Below, piece by piece: positions 1 through 10,056 of a stretch of 64,000 bases of DNA. Made by a program: the position numbers and the translations under genes. Location: NCBI GenBank assembly GCA_963836185.1, contig CAWIIQ010000001.1, positions 32,001 to 96,000 of the forward strand, written 5' to 3'. Each line of letters starts with the position of its first letter. The stretch's first letter is position 1. The notes beneath the pieces are model-generated. The model did no database searches, was not told the origin of the DNA, and worked only from the letters and a program-made list of their open reading frames with translations. The DNA is from Candidatus Krumholzibacteriia bacterium (lineage in GTDB: Bacteria; Krumholzibacteriota; Krumholzibacteriia; Krumholzibacteriales; Krumholzibacteriaceae).

Positions 1-2705
1 TGATATACTTCACCGGGACGGTGAACAGCCCGTTCATGTTCCTTGTCGTCGTTCCGCTCTTCTTCGCGGGCAGGCTCCTTCCCGCGATGTCGGCCGGATT
101 CGCCGTTACATTCGTCACCATAGCGACGATAGCGACACTCGGCCTGCTCGAGCTCAAAGGGATCATCCCCCACAACTCGGTCCTCGGCGGAGCGTTCGCC
201 GGGCCGGCAGAATCGCATTACCTTATAGGGACGCTCCTGGTCGTCGGCGGATTCATGAGCCTGATGACATACCTGTTCGGTACATTCTACGATAACTTCC
301 AGGTCTATTTCCAGGACGCCGAGCAACGCCTGGACTCCTCGCGCAAGAGAATTCTCGAACTGACCCGCCTCTATGACATAAGCCTCGGGATCAACTCGGT
401 GATAAGCCTCGATACCCTGCTCAAGATGGTATGCAAGGAAGTCACACTTCTGCTGAGGCGTCCGTGGGCCGCCGTCGCCCTGATATCTCAGAAAAACGAA
501 GTCGTCAAGTTTATCGAGCTCGGGGCGGGGGATGCCTGCGCCGATGATCTGTGTGATAAGCTTGAAGATGATCCGCTGCTGCGCGAGATGATCGGCAGCG
601 AGGAGGGGCTCACGGTCGAGAACGCCTCACGTCACGAGACGCTGGGGAAATCACTCCTTATAAAGGAGAGGGGACTCAGGCCCATCCTTGCCGTGCCGGT
701 GATGTCCGGTCACGATTCTCAGGGCGTTCTGTTCGTAGGCGACCATGAGAATGAGCCGTTCAGCGACGAGGATATCAAGTTGATGGCGATACTCTCCGGC
801 CAGATCTCAACCGCCATCGAGAAGAGCCGGCTCTACGAGGTGATGACAGGAAGGATCCGCCGCCTGGAGCGTGAGAACGGGACGCTGGAGAACTCGAACA
901 AGCTGAAGATGGGATATATCTCTCACGTTTCGCACGAGCTCAAGACACCGCTTACATCTATAAAGGCATATGTCGAATCGCTGACCGAGAATATCAATGA
1001 CCCGGGATTCACCGAGGGGCAGGATTTCCTCGGCGTGATCTCGAACGAGACCGACAGGCTGATCCGGCTCGTTAACAAGGTCCTCGACATATCGAAGATC
1101 GAGTTCGGGCAGAGGACCCTGCGGCGAAGGCTGTTCGATATGCACGGTCTCGTGACCGAAGTCGATACTGCGCTGCAGCCGTATCTCTGCGACAAGAACC
1201 TTCGCCTGCTCATCGATTTCCCCGATTCCCTGCCGCTCGTGGATGGAGACGAGGACCTTGTCAAGCAGGTGCTGATCAACCTGATAGGAAACGCCGTGAA
1301 GTTCTCTTCTCCCGGCTCGAGGATATTCCTCGGAGCGGAGGAAGAGGCCGTCTCGATAAAGGTCACTATACGCGACGAGGGAGTCGGCATACCTGAAGAC
1401 GACCTGAAGAATATCTTCAAGCAGTTCTACCAGGTAGGCAGCGATTCATCCGAGGGAGTGGGCCTCGGGCTCGCGATCGTAAAGAACATAGTGGAGCAGC
1501 ACGGCGGGTACGTGAATGTCTCCAGCGAGATAAACGAGGGGAGCACGTTCACCTTCACGCTGCCGAAGGAACATCATTTCAACGATCTGCTCGGATATAT
1601 CTTCGATTCGATGGACGCTCGCGACGAGATCCAGGAGATGTTCCAGCTCGCCGTGAAGGTCGTAGCCGAGCTTCTGTCGGCGAAGATCGTATCGATGATG
1701 CTCCTCGACCGCGACCGCAAGGAACTCTTTATCAAGGTCGCATACGGCCTCGATGAGAGGATCGTGGAGAACGCCCGCGTGAAAGTGGGTATGAGTGTCG
1801 CCGGCCGCGTCGCGGAGACGGGAGAGCCCCTCCTTATAGAGGACATAGAGGATACCTCTCTCGCTTCGGTGAGATCTAACAATCCGCAGTATGAGACGAA
1901 GTCGCTGCTGAGCGTGCCGCTCATCGTCGGTTCGACGGTCATCGGCGTCATCAACGCGAATAACAAGACCTCGGGCAAGCCTTTCACCGAGGACGACATG
2001 GTCCTGATGCAGAGCATATCCGAGAGGATCTCAAAGGTCATCGAGCGCATGCGTACGGCGGAGGATTTCCACGCCTTCCTGCACGAGACGATCTCGTCGC
2101 TGAACTCGCTTCTCGAGATCTGCGAGGCCGACGAGGCCGGCATGCGCAACAGGATGGTCGAATGGGCGGTCAGGATCGCGAGGAAGCTCAGCCTGCCCGA
2201 AAAAGAGATACAGGTCATCCAGTTCGTCTCGAGCGTTCATGATGTGGGCATGACGACGATCAGCGACAACATACTCTCGAAGACGCTCGACCTGACACCG
2301 GACGAGATAGACGAGATACACAAGCACCCTCAGAGGGGCGCGACGATAATGAGGCCGCTGGAGTTCGTAGAGGCGGTAAGCCAGACGATGCTCTTCCATC
2401 ACGAGAAGCTGGACGGCACGGGATACCCGATGGGCCTGAAGGGCAACCAGATACCGATAGGCGCGAGGATCATCGCCGTGCTGGACGCGTGGGTCGCCAT
2501 GGTGAGCGAACGCCCGTTCAGGAGAAAGCTCGCTCTCGATGAATCGATCAACGAGCTCGTGGAAAACGCGGGGAAACAGTTCGACCGCGAAGTCATCGGC
2601 GCATTTATGGAAGTGCTCGTTGACGAGGGTCAGATAGAGATAGAGGAATACGCGGGGATAAGAGACAGGCTGAGATTCGGCGGCAGGCATCACGCCATGC
2701 CGTAG
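1..2705 (+). CDS. Membrane sensor hybrid: TM region-GAF-HisKA-HATPase_c-GAF-HD-GYP-like (5' truncated by window edge)
   Basis: Frame is open back to the window start (IYFTGTVNSPF). H-box SHELKTPLT, N-box NLIGNAVKF, G1 DEGVGIP, G2 GVGLGLAI; two GAF-like segments; C-terminal HDVG...HHEKLDGTGYP. Confidence 0.85.
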   Translation, partial: IYFTGTVNSPFMFLVVVPLFFAGRLLPAMSAGFAVTFVTIATIATLGLLELKGIIPHNSVLGGAFAGPAESHYLIGTLLVVGGFMSLMTYLFGTFYDNFQVYFQDAEQRLDSSRKRILELTRLYDISLGINSVISLDTLLKMVCKEVTLLLRRPWAAVALISQKNEVVKFIELGAGDACADDLCDKLEDDPLLREMIGSEEGLTVENASRHETLGKSLLIKERGLRPILAVPVMSGHDSQGVLFVGDHENEPFSDEDIKLMAILSGQISTAIEKSRLYEVMTGRIRRLERENGTLENSNKLKMGYISHVSHELKTPLTSIKAYVESLTENINDPGFTEGQDFLGVISNETDRLIRLVNKVLDISKIEFGQRTLRRRLFDMHGLVTEVDTALQPYLCDKNLRLLIDFPDSLPLVDGDEDLVKQVLINLIGNAVKFSSPGSRIFLGAEEEAVSIKVTIRDEGVGIPEDDLKNIFKQFYQVGSDSSEGVGLGLAIVKNIVEQHGGYVNVSSEINEGSTFTFTLPKEHHFNDLLGYIFDSMDARDEIQEMFQLAVKVVAELLSAKIVSMMLLDRDRKELFIKVAYGLDERIVENARVKVGMSVAGRVAETGEPLLIEDIEDTSLASVRSNNPQYETKSLLSVPLIVGSTVIGVINANNKTSGKPFTEDDMVLMQSISERISKVIERMRTAEDFHAFLHETISSLNSLLEICEADEAGMRNRMVEWAVRIARKLSLPEKEIQVIQFVSSVHDVGMTTISDNILSKTLDLTPDEIDEIHKHPQRGATIMRPLEFVEAVSQTMLFHHEKLDGTGYPMGLKGNQIPIGARIIAVLDAWVAMVSERPFRRKLALDESINELVENAGKQFDREVIGAFMEVLVDEGQIEIEEYAGIRDRLRFGGRHHAMP

Positions 2706-5700
2706 ATGGAGTATTCGATGCTCAGGACCGGTGCGGAACATATGTTTACAGGTGAGACCGGAGCGGTGACGTACCTTTTCGTCCTGCTTCTTCTCTCGCT
2801 CTCCTGCGTCTGCAGGGCTGTCTCGGCCCGCAGGGAAGGCGGAAGGAAGGAGCTCGGCGCGCTGTCGGCGGGGCTGCTGCTTTTCGTCGGTGCACGCGCC
2901 CTGGGCCTTTTCACGATGAGATCGGCAGGGGAGAATCTTTCGCTGTTCGCGGCAGTCGCCGGGCTGGCGGGACTCTACCTGATGATAACCTCGATAGTGT
3001 CCGGCCGGAGGAAAGGCGACTATTCTCCGCTGAGCAGAACGGTCCTGGGAGGAGGCCTTATCGCAGGAGCTGCCCTCGGAGGCGCGGCCCTCGTCCTCCT
3101 GCCTGATTCGGTCACCGGCCCCGCGGCGTTGAAGACAGGACATATATTCGCCGCCGCCGTCCCGGCGGGACTTATCACGGGAATGCTGATCGAGAAAGGG
3201 CGCAGGTCGGCTGGAGGCTGGTCCGCCGTACGTAGCGCGGGAGGGTTCTTCATAGGCTCTGCCGCTGCTGTTTTTCTCTCTGCCGCGGCCGTCGTCGCGA
3301 CCATAGGATGGGCCGGGTTCCCCGGAGGCGGGACATTCGTGCTCCAGCTGGGCGCGCTTCTCGACGTGGCGGGGATGTTCCTTTTCCTCGCCTGGCTGAC
3401 GCTCGAGCCGGCGGGCAGAAGGCAACCGGGAGCCATCGATGAGGCAGCGGCGGGCGATGCTCTGCCGGAGGATGCCGAAGAAGAGATCAGACCGGGACTG
3501 CGGGTCATGGAGATCAGCCGCGCCGTAGTCACGGGCCAGAGGGAGACAGAGGTCTACAGGGATATAGCGGCTTCGATCTGCGATGAGACAGGCGCGGACT
3601 TCGTCGTCGTGCGCGCTTCGAGTGAAGGCGACGAGAGATTCGAGGTAAAGGGATTCTCGGCGGAAGGCTATGAATCTGTTTCCCCCGCTTTTTCGCTGAG
3701 CCTTACAAGGGACCGGCTGGAAAGTCACAGCGGCATCGGGCGGGACGGCTCCAACGTGCTCGTCCTCGACGAGAAGGCCCTCGGTGAGGACAGGGAGGCG
3801 TTCGTGCCTTCGATGTTCCTCGACGTAAAGGGATCTGTCGCCGTGATGCCGGTCGGAGTGGCCGGCATGGAAAGAGCCGTGGTGATCGCCGGTTTCTTCC
3901 GCGACGGATTGCCTGCGGCCGTCCACGAAGTGTTCGAGGCTTACGGGATGAACATCATGCAGATCGTCGAGCGCGAAGTGTGGTCGGGAAGGACAAGAAA
4001 AAGGGAGAAGGACCTGGCGCTCTGCAAGGAGGAGCTCGAGAGTGTCAACCAGATGAAGAGCAATTTCCTCTCGATCGTATCGCACGAGCTCAGAACGCCG
4101 CTGACATCGGTAAAGGCATATACGGAGACGCTGATGGATAACGTCGAGTCTGTCGAGACCGACACCGTCCGCGATTTCCTGAAGGTGATGGGGGAGGAGA
4201 ACGACCGTGTCATCTCTCTCGTCGACAATATACTGAACTATTCATGCATGGAGAACGGGCACCTCAAGGTCGAGAAAGCGGAGTGCGATCTCGGCGAGCT
4301 GATAGAGGAGGTGCACGCCGGGCTGGAGAACAGGATGCTGACCGAGCGCGTCAACAGCGAGATCAAGCTGCCGCGGGGCAAGGTCGTCGTCGATGCCGAC
4401 AGGGAACTTATCCGGCAGATGCTCACCAACCTGATGAGTAACGCGATCAAGTTTACCCCTGAAGGCGGACGGGTCACCGTCGTTCTCGAAGAGGAAGCCT
4501 CCGCCGCGAGGATCGTCGTCCAGGATACGGGCAAGGGGATCCCGGAGGACCAGCTCGAAAAGATATTCGAGAGATTCCACCAGGTAGACGCGAGCGACAC
4601 GCGCGAGCATGGAGGCTCGGGCCTCGGGCTGGCTATATGCAAGAACATCGTTGAATGGCACGACGGCAGGATATGGGTCGAGAACGTCAAGGAGGCGGGA
4701 GCGAAGTTCACCGTGATGATCCCGATGAAGGATATCATAGTGCGGCACGCGATCTCGTCGGGATTCATCGGCTCGGTCCGGTTCGAGAGGGAGCGGTTCC
4801 TCACCCTTCTCGTCGAGATGCTGTCCGGGTTCCTGCAGGCGAGAAAATCTTCGATCATGCTCTTCGATCCGCGCGACCGCACGCTGCAGGTCGTAGCGGC
4901 CAAGGGGCTCGATCCCGAGTTCGTCCAGAATTCCCGTGTCGAGGTGGGAGACCGCATATCCGGAAAGGTATTCGCCGAGGAGGAAGCTCTCCATGTATTC
5001 GACATCGAGAACGATTCAAAGGTGTCGAGGAGCAACAACACGGCGTACTACTGGACGAAGTCGTTTATCTCGGTGCCGCTGCGCGACGGGAACGACGTCA
5101 TCGGCGTGCTCAACGTCGCCGATCACGTCGACAACAGGGGATTCACAGAGGCCGACCGCGAGATCCTCGAGTCTCTCGGGCCGGTCATCTCGGGGATGGT
5201 CAAGAAGCTCGATGCCTATGAGACAGTATCCTCGAATTTCGAGAAGCTCAAGGACGCCATGAAGAGCATCCTTCATATAAGGGAAGTCTGGGGCGCGAGA
5301 AACATGCTGAACTTCACGATAATCGCCATGTCGGTCGCGCGCAGGCTCAACCTGGACGAGAAATCGCTGACGGCGCTGAGGATGGGCATGAGCATGTACG
5401 ATCTCGGCATGATGAAGATCCCGAGGTCGCTGAGGGTCAAGAAGGAGAGCCTCACCGAGAAGGAATGGGACAAGCTCAGGGAGCATCCCGACCTCGGTTA
5501 CGCGCTCGTCTCTCCGATGGGGCTCGATGAGAGGATCATGAAGATGGTCCGCGGCCATCACGAGCATTTCGACGGCAGCGGCTATCCGGCCGGCCTGATG
5601 AAGGACGAGATACCGATCGAGGCGAGGATCCTCAACGTGGTCGATTCCTTCAGGGCGCTTATAACGCCGGGACCGTACCGCCGGTGCTTCTCGATAGACG

Positions 5701-5924
5701 AGGCTAAAAACGAGATCATTCAGGGCTCAGGCAAGAGATTCGACCCGAAGGTGGTCGGCGCGTTCGTGAAAGCGCTTCACGACCTTGGAGCCAGGGACGA
5801 TAGATGCGAGCTCGTCCTCGACGCGGTCGAGAGGGAGCTTGAAGAGAAAAAGCTGGAAAACGAAGAAACGACAGAAACAGAGACAACCGAAACAACACAG
5901 GAAACAGTCAAGGAAGGTGTTTGA
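2706..5924 (+). CDS. Paralogous membrane sensor hybrid: multi-TM-GAF-like-HisKA-HATPase_c-GAF-degenerate HD-GYP
   Basis: H-box SHELRTPLT, NLMSNAIKF, DTGKGIP, GGSGLGLAI; C-terminal YDLG...HHEHFDGSGYP; starts directly after the upstream TAG. Exact start uncertain. Confidence 0.85.
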   Translation: MEYSMLRTGAEHMFTGETGAVTYLFVLLLLSLSCVCRAVSARREGGRKELGALSAGLLLFVGARALGLFTMRSAGENLSLFAAVAGLAGLYLMITSIVSGRRKGDYSPLSRTVLGGGLIAGAALGGAALVLLPDSVTGPAALKTGHIFAAAVPAGLITGMLIEKGRRSAGGWSAVRSAGGFFIGSAAAVFLSAAAVVATIGWAGFPGGGTFVLQLGALLDVAGMFLFLAWLTLEPAGRRQPGAIDEAAAGDALPEDAEEEIRPGLRVMEISRAVVTGQRETEVYRDIAASICDETGADFVVVRASSEGDERFEVKGFSAEGYESVSPAFSLSLTRDRLESHSGIGRDGSNVLVLDEKALGEDREAFVPSMFLDVKGSVAVMPVGVAGMERAVVIAGFFRDGLPAAVHEVFEAYGMNIMQIVEREVWSGRTRKREKDLALCKEELESVNQMKSNFLSIVSHELRTPLTSVKAYTETLMDNVESVETDTVRDFLKVMGEENDRVISLVDNILNYSCMENGHLKVEKAECDLGELIEEVHAGLENRMLTERVNSEIKLPRGKVVVDADRELIRQMLTNLMSNAIKFTPEGGRVTVVLEEEASAARIVVQDTGKGIPEDQLEKIFERFHQVDASDTREHGGSGLGLAICKNIVEWHDGRIWVENVKEAGAKFTVMIPMKDIIVRHAISSGFIGSVRFERERFLTLLVEMLSGFLQARKSSIMLFDPRDRTLQVVAAKGLDPEFVQNSRVEVGDRISGKVFAEEEALHVFDIENDSKVSRSNNTAYYWTKSFISVPLRDGNDVIGVLNVADHVDNRGFTEADREILESLGPVISGMVKKLDAYETVSSNFEKLKDAMKSILHIREVWGARNMLNFTIIAMSVARRLNLDEKSLTALRMGMSMYDLGMMKIPRSLRVKKESLTEKEWDKLREHPDLGYALVSPMGLDERIMKMVRGHHEHFDGSGYPAGLMKDEIPIEARILNVVDSFRALITPGPYRRCFSIDEAKNEIIQGSGKRFDPKVVGAFVKALHDLGARDDRCELVLDAVERELEEKKLENEETTETETTETTQETVKEGV

Positions 5925-6301
5925 TGGCGAAGGGCAAGATACTCGTCGTAGACGATGAGGTTAACATCACGCAGATCCTCGAGTTCAGCATCGGGGCGGA
6001 AGGTTACGAGGTCGTGACAGCGGCGAACGGCGAAGAGGCGATAGACAAGGCTCGCCGCGAGCAGCCCGACCTGATCATCCTCGATGTCATGATGCCGAAG
6101 ATCGATGGGTACGAGGCATGCAGGATACTCAAGGCCAATCCCCTGACCAAGGGTATCCCTGTCGTCCTGCTGACCGCAAAGGGCAGGGACATCGACAAGA
6201 GGCTCGGCTACGAGGTGGGAGCCACCGACTACATCATCAAGCCGTTCAGCCCGAACAAGCTCGTGGACAGGATCCACCAGCTGCTGGTCGGCTCGAAATA
6301 G
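5924..6301 (+). CDS. Single-domain (CheY-like) response regulator receiver
   Basis: KILVVDDE, LDVMMP (phospho-Asp), LLTAK, KPF; ATG overlaps the upstream TGA. Confidence 0.93.
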   Translation: MAKGKILVVDDEVNITQILEFSIGAEGYEVVTAANGEEAIDKARREQPDLIILDVMMPKIDGYEACRILKANPLTKGIPVVLLTAKGRDIDKRLGYEVGATDYIIKPFSPNKLVDRIHQLLVGSK

Positions 6302-6333
6302 TCAGGCTCAGTCATCTTCGATGGCTAATCAGG

Positions 6334-6363
6334 TTGCCCGGCGCGGCCTTCACGTCATATACT
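6334..6363 (+). promoter_or_regulatory. Putative sigma70 promoter for priA
   Basis: TTGCCC-18 nt-TATACT, ending 7 nt before the GTG at 6371. Confidence 0.55.
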
Positions 6364-6370
6364 CCGCGAT

Positions 6371-8380
6371 GTGATGACACCGCGCCGCGAAATACACGGC
6401 TTTGCCGAGATCGCGCTTCCCGTCCCCGTGGACGGGACTTTTACCTATATAGTGCCTGAAGAGATGCGGGAATCGATCGTTCCCGGGTGCCGCGTCATGG
6501 TGCCGTTCGGCCGCAGGAAGATGACCGGCTACGTGATCTCGACCCACATCGGATACTCCCGAAGGATTCAAGCTCAAGAAGATATCGACGCTGCTCGACG
6601 AGGAGCCGCTGATCACGCCCGCGCTCCTCGAACTCGCCCGCTGGATGGCCGAGTATTACGTCCACTCACCCGGCGAGGTCCTCAGGGCGATACTCCCCGC
6701 CTCGCTCAAGGGAAAGGGAAGGAAGAAACCTTCCGTCTCGAGCGATTCGATGTTTCCCGAGGACGAATTCCGCCCCGAGCTGACCGCCGAGCAGGAAAAG
6801 GCTTTCAACGCGATCACCGGTTCGGTCGAAAGGGAAGAGTTCGCGCGCTATCTCATCTTCGGAGTCACCGGCAGCGGCAAGACCGAGGTCTACCTCAGGT
6901 GCATCGAAGAGGTCCTGGCCAGCGGGGGGCGCGCGATCGTCCTGATCCCGGAGATATCGCTCGTGCCGCAGACGACGGCCAGGTTCCGCAGGAGGTTCGG
7001 GGAGAGGGTGGCGGTCATTCACAGCAGGCTGACCGGGCCGCAGCGGGCCTCGATCTGGAGGGACGCTGCCGCCGGCAGGGTGGATGTCGTCATCGGGGCG
7101 CGTTCGGCAGTCTTCGTCCCGCTCAAGGGCCTGCGGATGATCGTCGTCGACGAGGAGCAGGACTCGTCGTTCAAGCAGCAGGAGAAGCCACGGTACAGCG
7201 CGCTTGATGTGGCGGAGTTCAGGGCGCGCACGGAGAACGCCGTCATGGTCACCGGCTCGGCCACCCCTTCTCTCGAGTCGTGGCACAGGTCGTACGGCCC
7301 CGCGATAGATAGAGGTTCATCCTCCCCGACCGTCCCGGAGCGGGGGAGCTTCCGCCTGTCGAGATCATAGACATGCGCAAGAAACGCAGGGGGATCTCCG
7401 AAGATCTTCTCGATGCCCTCGATTCGTGCGTCTCCGCGGGGAGACAGGCGATAGTCCTGATAAACCGCAGGGGGTTCGCGAACTACCTCCAGTGCCCGAA
7501 GTGCGGATGGGTAGGAAGCTGTCCGAACTGCTCGATATCGCTCACCTGGCACAGCAGGGGAGGCAGGCTCGCGTGCCATTACTGCGGCTACAGCGGGAGC
7601 ACGCCGGAGAAATGCCCCGAATGCGGCTCGTACGGCTTCGTCCGCCTCGGCGGTGGGACGCAGAAGGTCGAATCGGACCTGGTCAACCTTCTTCCCGGCG
7701 TGAGGATCCTGAGGATGGATCTCGACACGACGGCAGGAACGAGCGGTCACTCCGATATTCTCGAGAAGTTCGCCGGGGGCGGGGCCGATATCCTTCTCGG
7801 GACACAGATGGTAGCCAAGGGGCATCACTACCCGAACGTCACCGTCGTGGGCATCCTTTCGGCCGATGCCGGCCTGAACTTCCCCGACTTCCGCGCGTCC
7901 GAGAGGACCTTCCAGCTCCTCTCCCAGGCGGCTGGAAGGACGGGCAGGGGCAGCGAGGGGGGAAAGGTCTACATCCAGACATATACGCCGGAGCATTATA
8001 TCTTCGATTTTATTGTAAGGCACGATTTCCCGGGTTTCGCCTCGGCGGAGATCGATTCAAGGGTCCAGTTCGACTATCCGCCGGCTGGCCGCCTGATCCT
8101 GCTGACGGTATCGGCAAAGACGCAGGGTGGGGCGATGGAGGGCGGCGAGGCGGCGGCGGAGGCAGCCGCGGCGTCGGGGGCAGTGCCCGAGCTGAGCATT
8201 CTCGGCCCGGTGCCCGCGATGATAGAGAGATTGAGGGGGATGTTCAGGGTCCAGCTCCTCGTCCGTGCCGGTATCGGGGCGCAGGAGAAACGGAAACTGG
8301 TCGATGCTGCCCGCGGCGCCCTGTCCGGGATGCGGGGGACCACACTGCAGTGGGACGTCGACCCTCTCGATATCTTCTGA
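6371..8380 (+). CDS. priA: Primosomal protein N' (PriA helicase), split by at least two apparent frameshifts (~6550, ~7300-7370)
   Basis: GCRVMVPFGRR N-terminus, GVTGSGKTEVY, DEEQDSSFKQ, SATPSLES, CxxC zinc motifs, GTQMVAKG, QAAGRTGR spread over ORFs 6371-7207, 6645-7370 and 7373-8380. Confidence 0.92.
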
Positions 8381-8402
8381 TGTCCCACGAGGGGCTTTCC
8401 GC

Positions 8403-8431
8403 TTGACAGAGCGGCGGCCGGTTGCTAATTT
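8403..8431 (+). promoter_or_regulatory. Sigma70-type promoter upstream of TPR lipoprotein
   Basis: TTGACA-17 nt-TAATTT with extended -10 TG. Confidence 0.7.
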
Positions 8432-8609
8432 TCCAGTGTAAAGAGAAGATACCACGATACTTCCATTTCCCGTCCAGACTTATCGATGTCGGGAAGATTC
8501 CCCGGGTTCACAGCAGAAACTTGTACAAGTGCACCCGCTGAAGGTTTGTTTCGTGACAGGGAGAGATCGAAGGTAAGGAACCGAGGTTTCGAAGGAGGTC
8601 AGTTCGCAC

Positions 8610-9662
8610 ATGAACAGGAAGCATATCATACTTGTGCTCCTCGTCGCCGCTCTCGCGACAGTCTTCGCGTGCAAGAGTGTTGAGACTACGAGCGCGATGC
8701 TTCATAACCAGACCGGCAACTACGAGGATGCCATCGCACAGGCCAAGCTCGGCCTCGAGAAGGATCCCAATGATGCCGAGGCGCATTTCCAGCTCGGCAT
8801 CTCATATTCGTACATCGAAGAGATGGCGCTGTCGTACGAGAACTTCATGAAAGCGGCAGAGCTTGATCCCAATAAGCAGAAGCTTGCCGAGGACAACATC
8901 AAATCGAACTGGGCCCGCCATTTCAACGCCGGAATCGCCGAGTTCCAGGGCGATAACATCGAAGGCGCCGCCGTCGAGTTCAAGGAGACCGTCGATGCCG
9001 ATCCGAGGCAGATCAAGGGATGGCTCAACCTGGCGAAGGCATACAACTCGCTCGCTGATACGGATACGACATACTGGGATAAGTCTTTTCTTGTAGCCGA
9101 CACGCTGATGGTGCTCGTCTCTGAAGACGACCAGGACTACGGCAAGGTCCTCGAGCTCGCCGGCAAGGTCCTTATCATCAAGGGCGAGGATGACAGAGCT
9201 TACGAGATATTCGAAAAACTGATGAGGGACGATCCGGTCAACGCCGAGATAATCGAGGAAATAGGAAACAGCTACCTCCTCGAGGAAAACTGGGAACAGG
9301 CCGTAAGATTCTTCCAGCTGGCGTCGGACGGCCGCCGTGCGACGGAGACAGAGAGCTTCGATCTCTATTACAACATGGGAGTCTGCCATCTGAGGCTCGA
9401 CCAGTTCCTGCTTTCCGCCGACGCGTTTCAGAACGCCCTTATTATCGAACCTGAGAACAAGGCCGCGCACTACAGTCTTCTGCTTGCCTACTATTCGGGC
9501 GAGTTCTGGGACGAGGCGATCATGCAGGGCCAGATCTACACGGAGAAGTTCCCCGATGAAGAGAGGGGCTGGCAGATCCTGAGTCTCTCCTTCAGCAAGA
9601 AAGGTATGAAGATCAAGGCCGAGGAAGCGGCCAGGAAATATCAGGAGTTGATGGGAGGCTGA
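8610..9662 (+). CDS. Tetratricopeptide-repeat lipoprotein
   Basis: Signal peptide with lipobox-like VFA-C; repeated TPR patterns (DPNDAEAHFQLG, YYNMGVCH, EPENKAAHYSL); SD AGGAGG. Confidence 0.8.
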   Translation: MNRKHIILVLLVAALATVFACKSVETTSAMLHNQTGNYEDAIAQAKLGLEKDPNDAEAHFQLGISYSYIEEMALSYENFMKAAELDPNKQKLAEDNIKSNWARHFNAGIAEFQGDNIEGAAVEFKETVDADPRQIKGWLNLAKAYNSLADTDTTYWDKSFLVADTLMVLVSEDDQDYGKVLELAGKVLIIKGEDDRAYEIFEKLMRDDPVNAEIIEEIGNSYLLEENWEQAVRFFQLASDGRRATETESFDLYYNMGVCHLRLDQFLLSADAFQNALIIEPENKAAHYSLLLAYYSGEFWDEAIMQGQIYTEKFPDEERGWQILSLSFSKKGMKIKAEEAARKYQELMGG

Positions 9663-9673
9663 GAGGACTTTCG

Positions 9674-9701
9674 CGGGGACGCGCCCTCAGGCGCGTCCCC
9701 G
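9674..9701 (+). terminator. GC-rich hairpin after TPR gene (possible terminator or stabiliser)
   Basis: Perfect 12-bp stem CGGGGACGCGCC / GGCGCGTCCCCG, 4-nt loop; no clear U-tract. Confidence 0.5.
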
Positions 9702-9751
9702 TCAACGCTTCGCCCCGCCGGTGTTCTCTCCACGCAGACTTCCCATTTGTC

Positions 9752-9780
9752 TTGACACGAGGAGGATTCTCGAATATTAT
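9752..9780 (+). promoter_or_regulatory. Sigma70 promoter for rho
   Basis: TTGACA-17 nt-TATTAT. Confidence 0.75.
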
Positions 9781-10056
9781 TGTCAGTGTAAGGGTCGGAT
9801 TCTTCGATGTCCCCAGTTCTCCCAGAAAGATGGAGGTTTTTCCCGGCAACGGGTCCTCGCGTAAGCCCATTTGATGATTGTCACATATCATATTCGAGCA
9901 ATACGGAATCCATCGACATCAACGGAGACATCGGCCAGAGCGGTCGATATCGACGAGTTGGATAAATCCCGATTTCATGTAAGAAAGGAAATGCAAGTGA
10001 ACCCGCGGGGCAGCGCCCGGCGGTAGTGAGGGGTCACAGTAAAGAGGTTTTAATCT

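Noticed and set aside
2031-4085. Long minus-strand ORFs (e.g. 684 aa here; also 14893-16533, 46004-47572, 57874-59400) and the 401-aa plus-strand ORF 19534-20739
   Set aside because: Antisense shadows of well-supported genes, expected in GC-rich DNA; no recognisable motifs.
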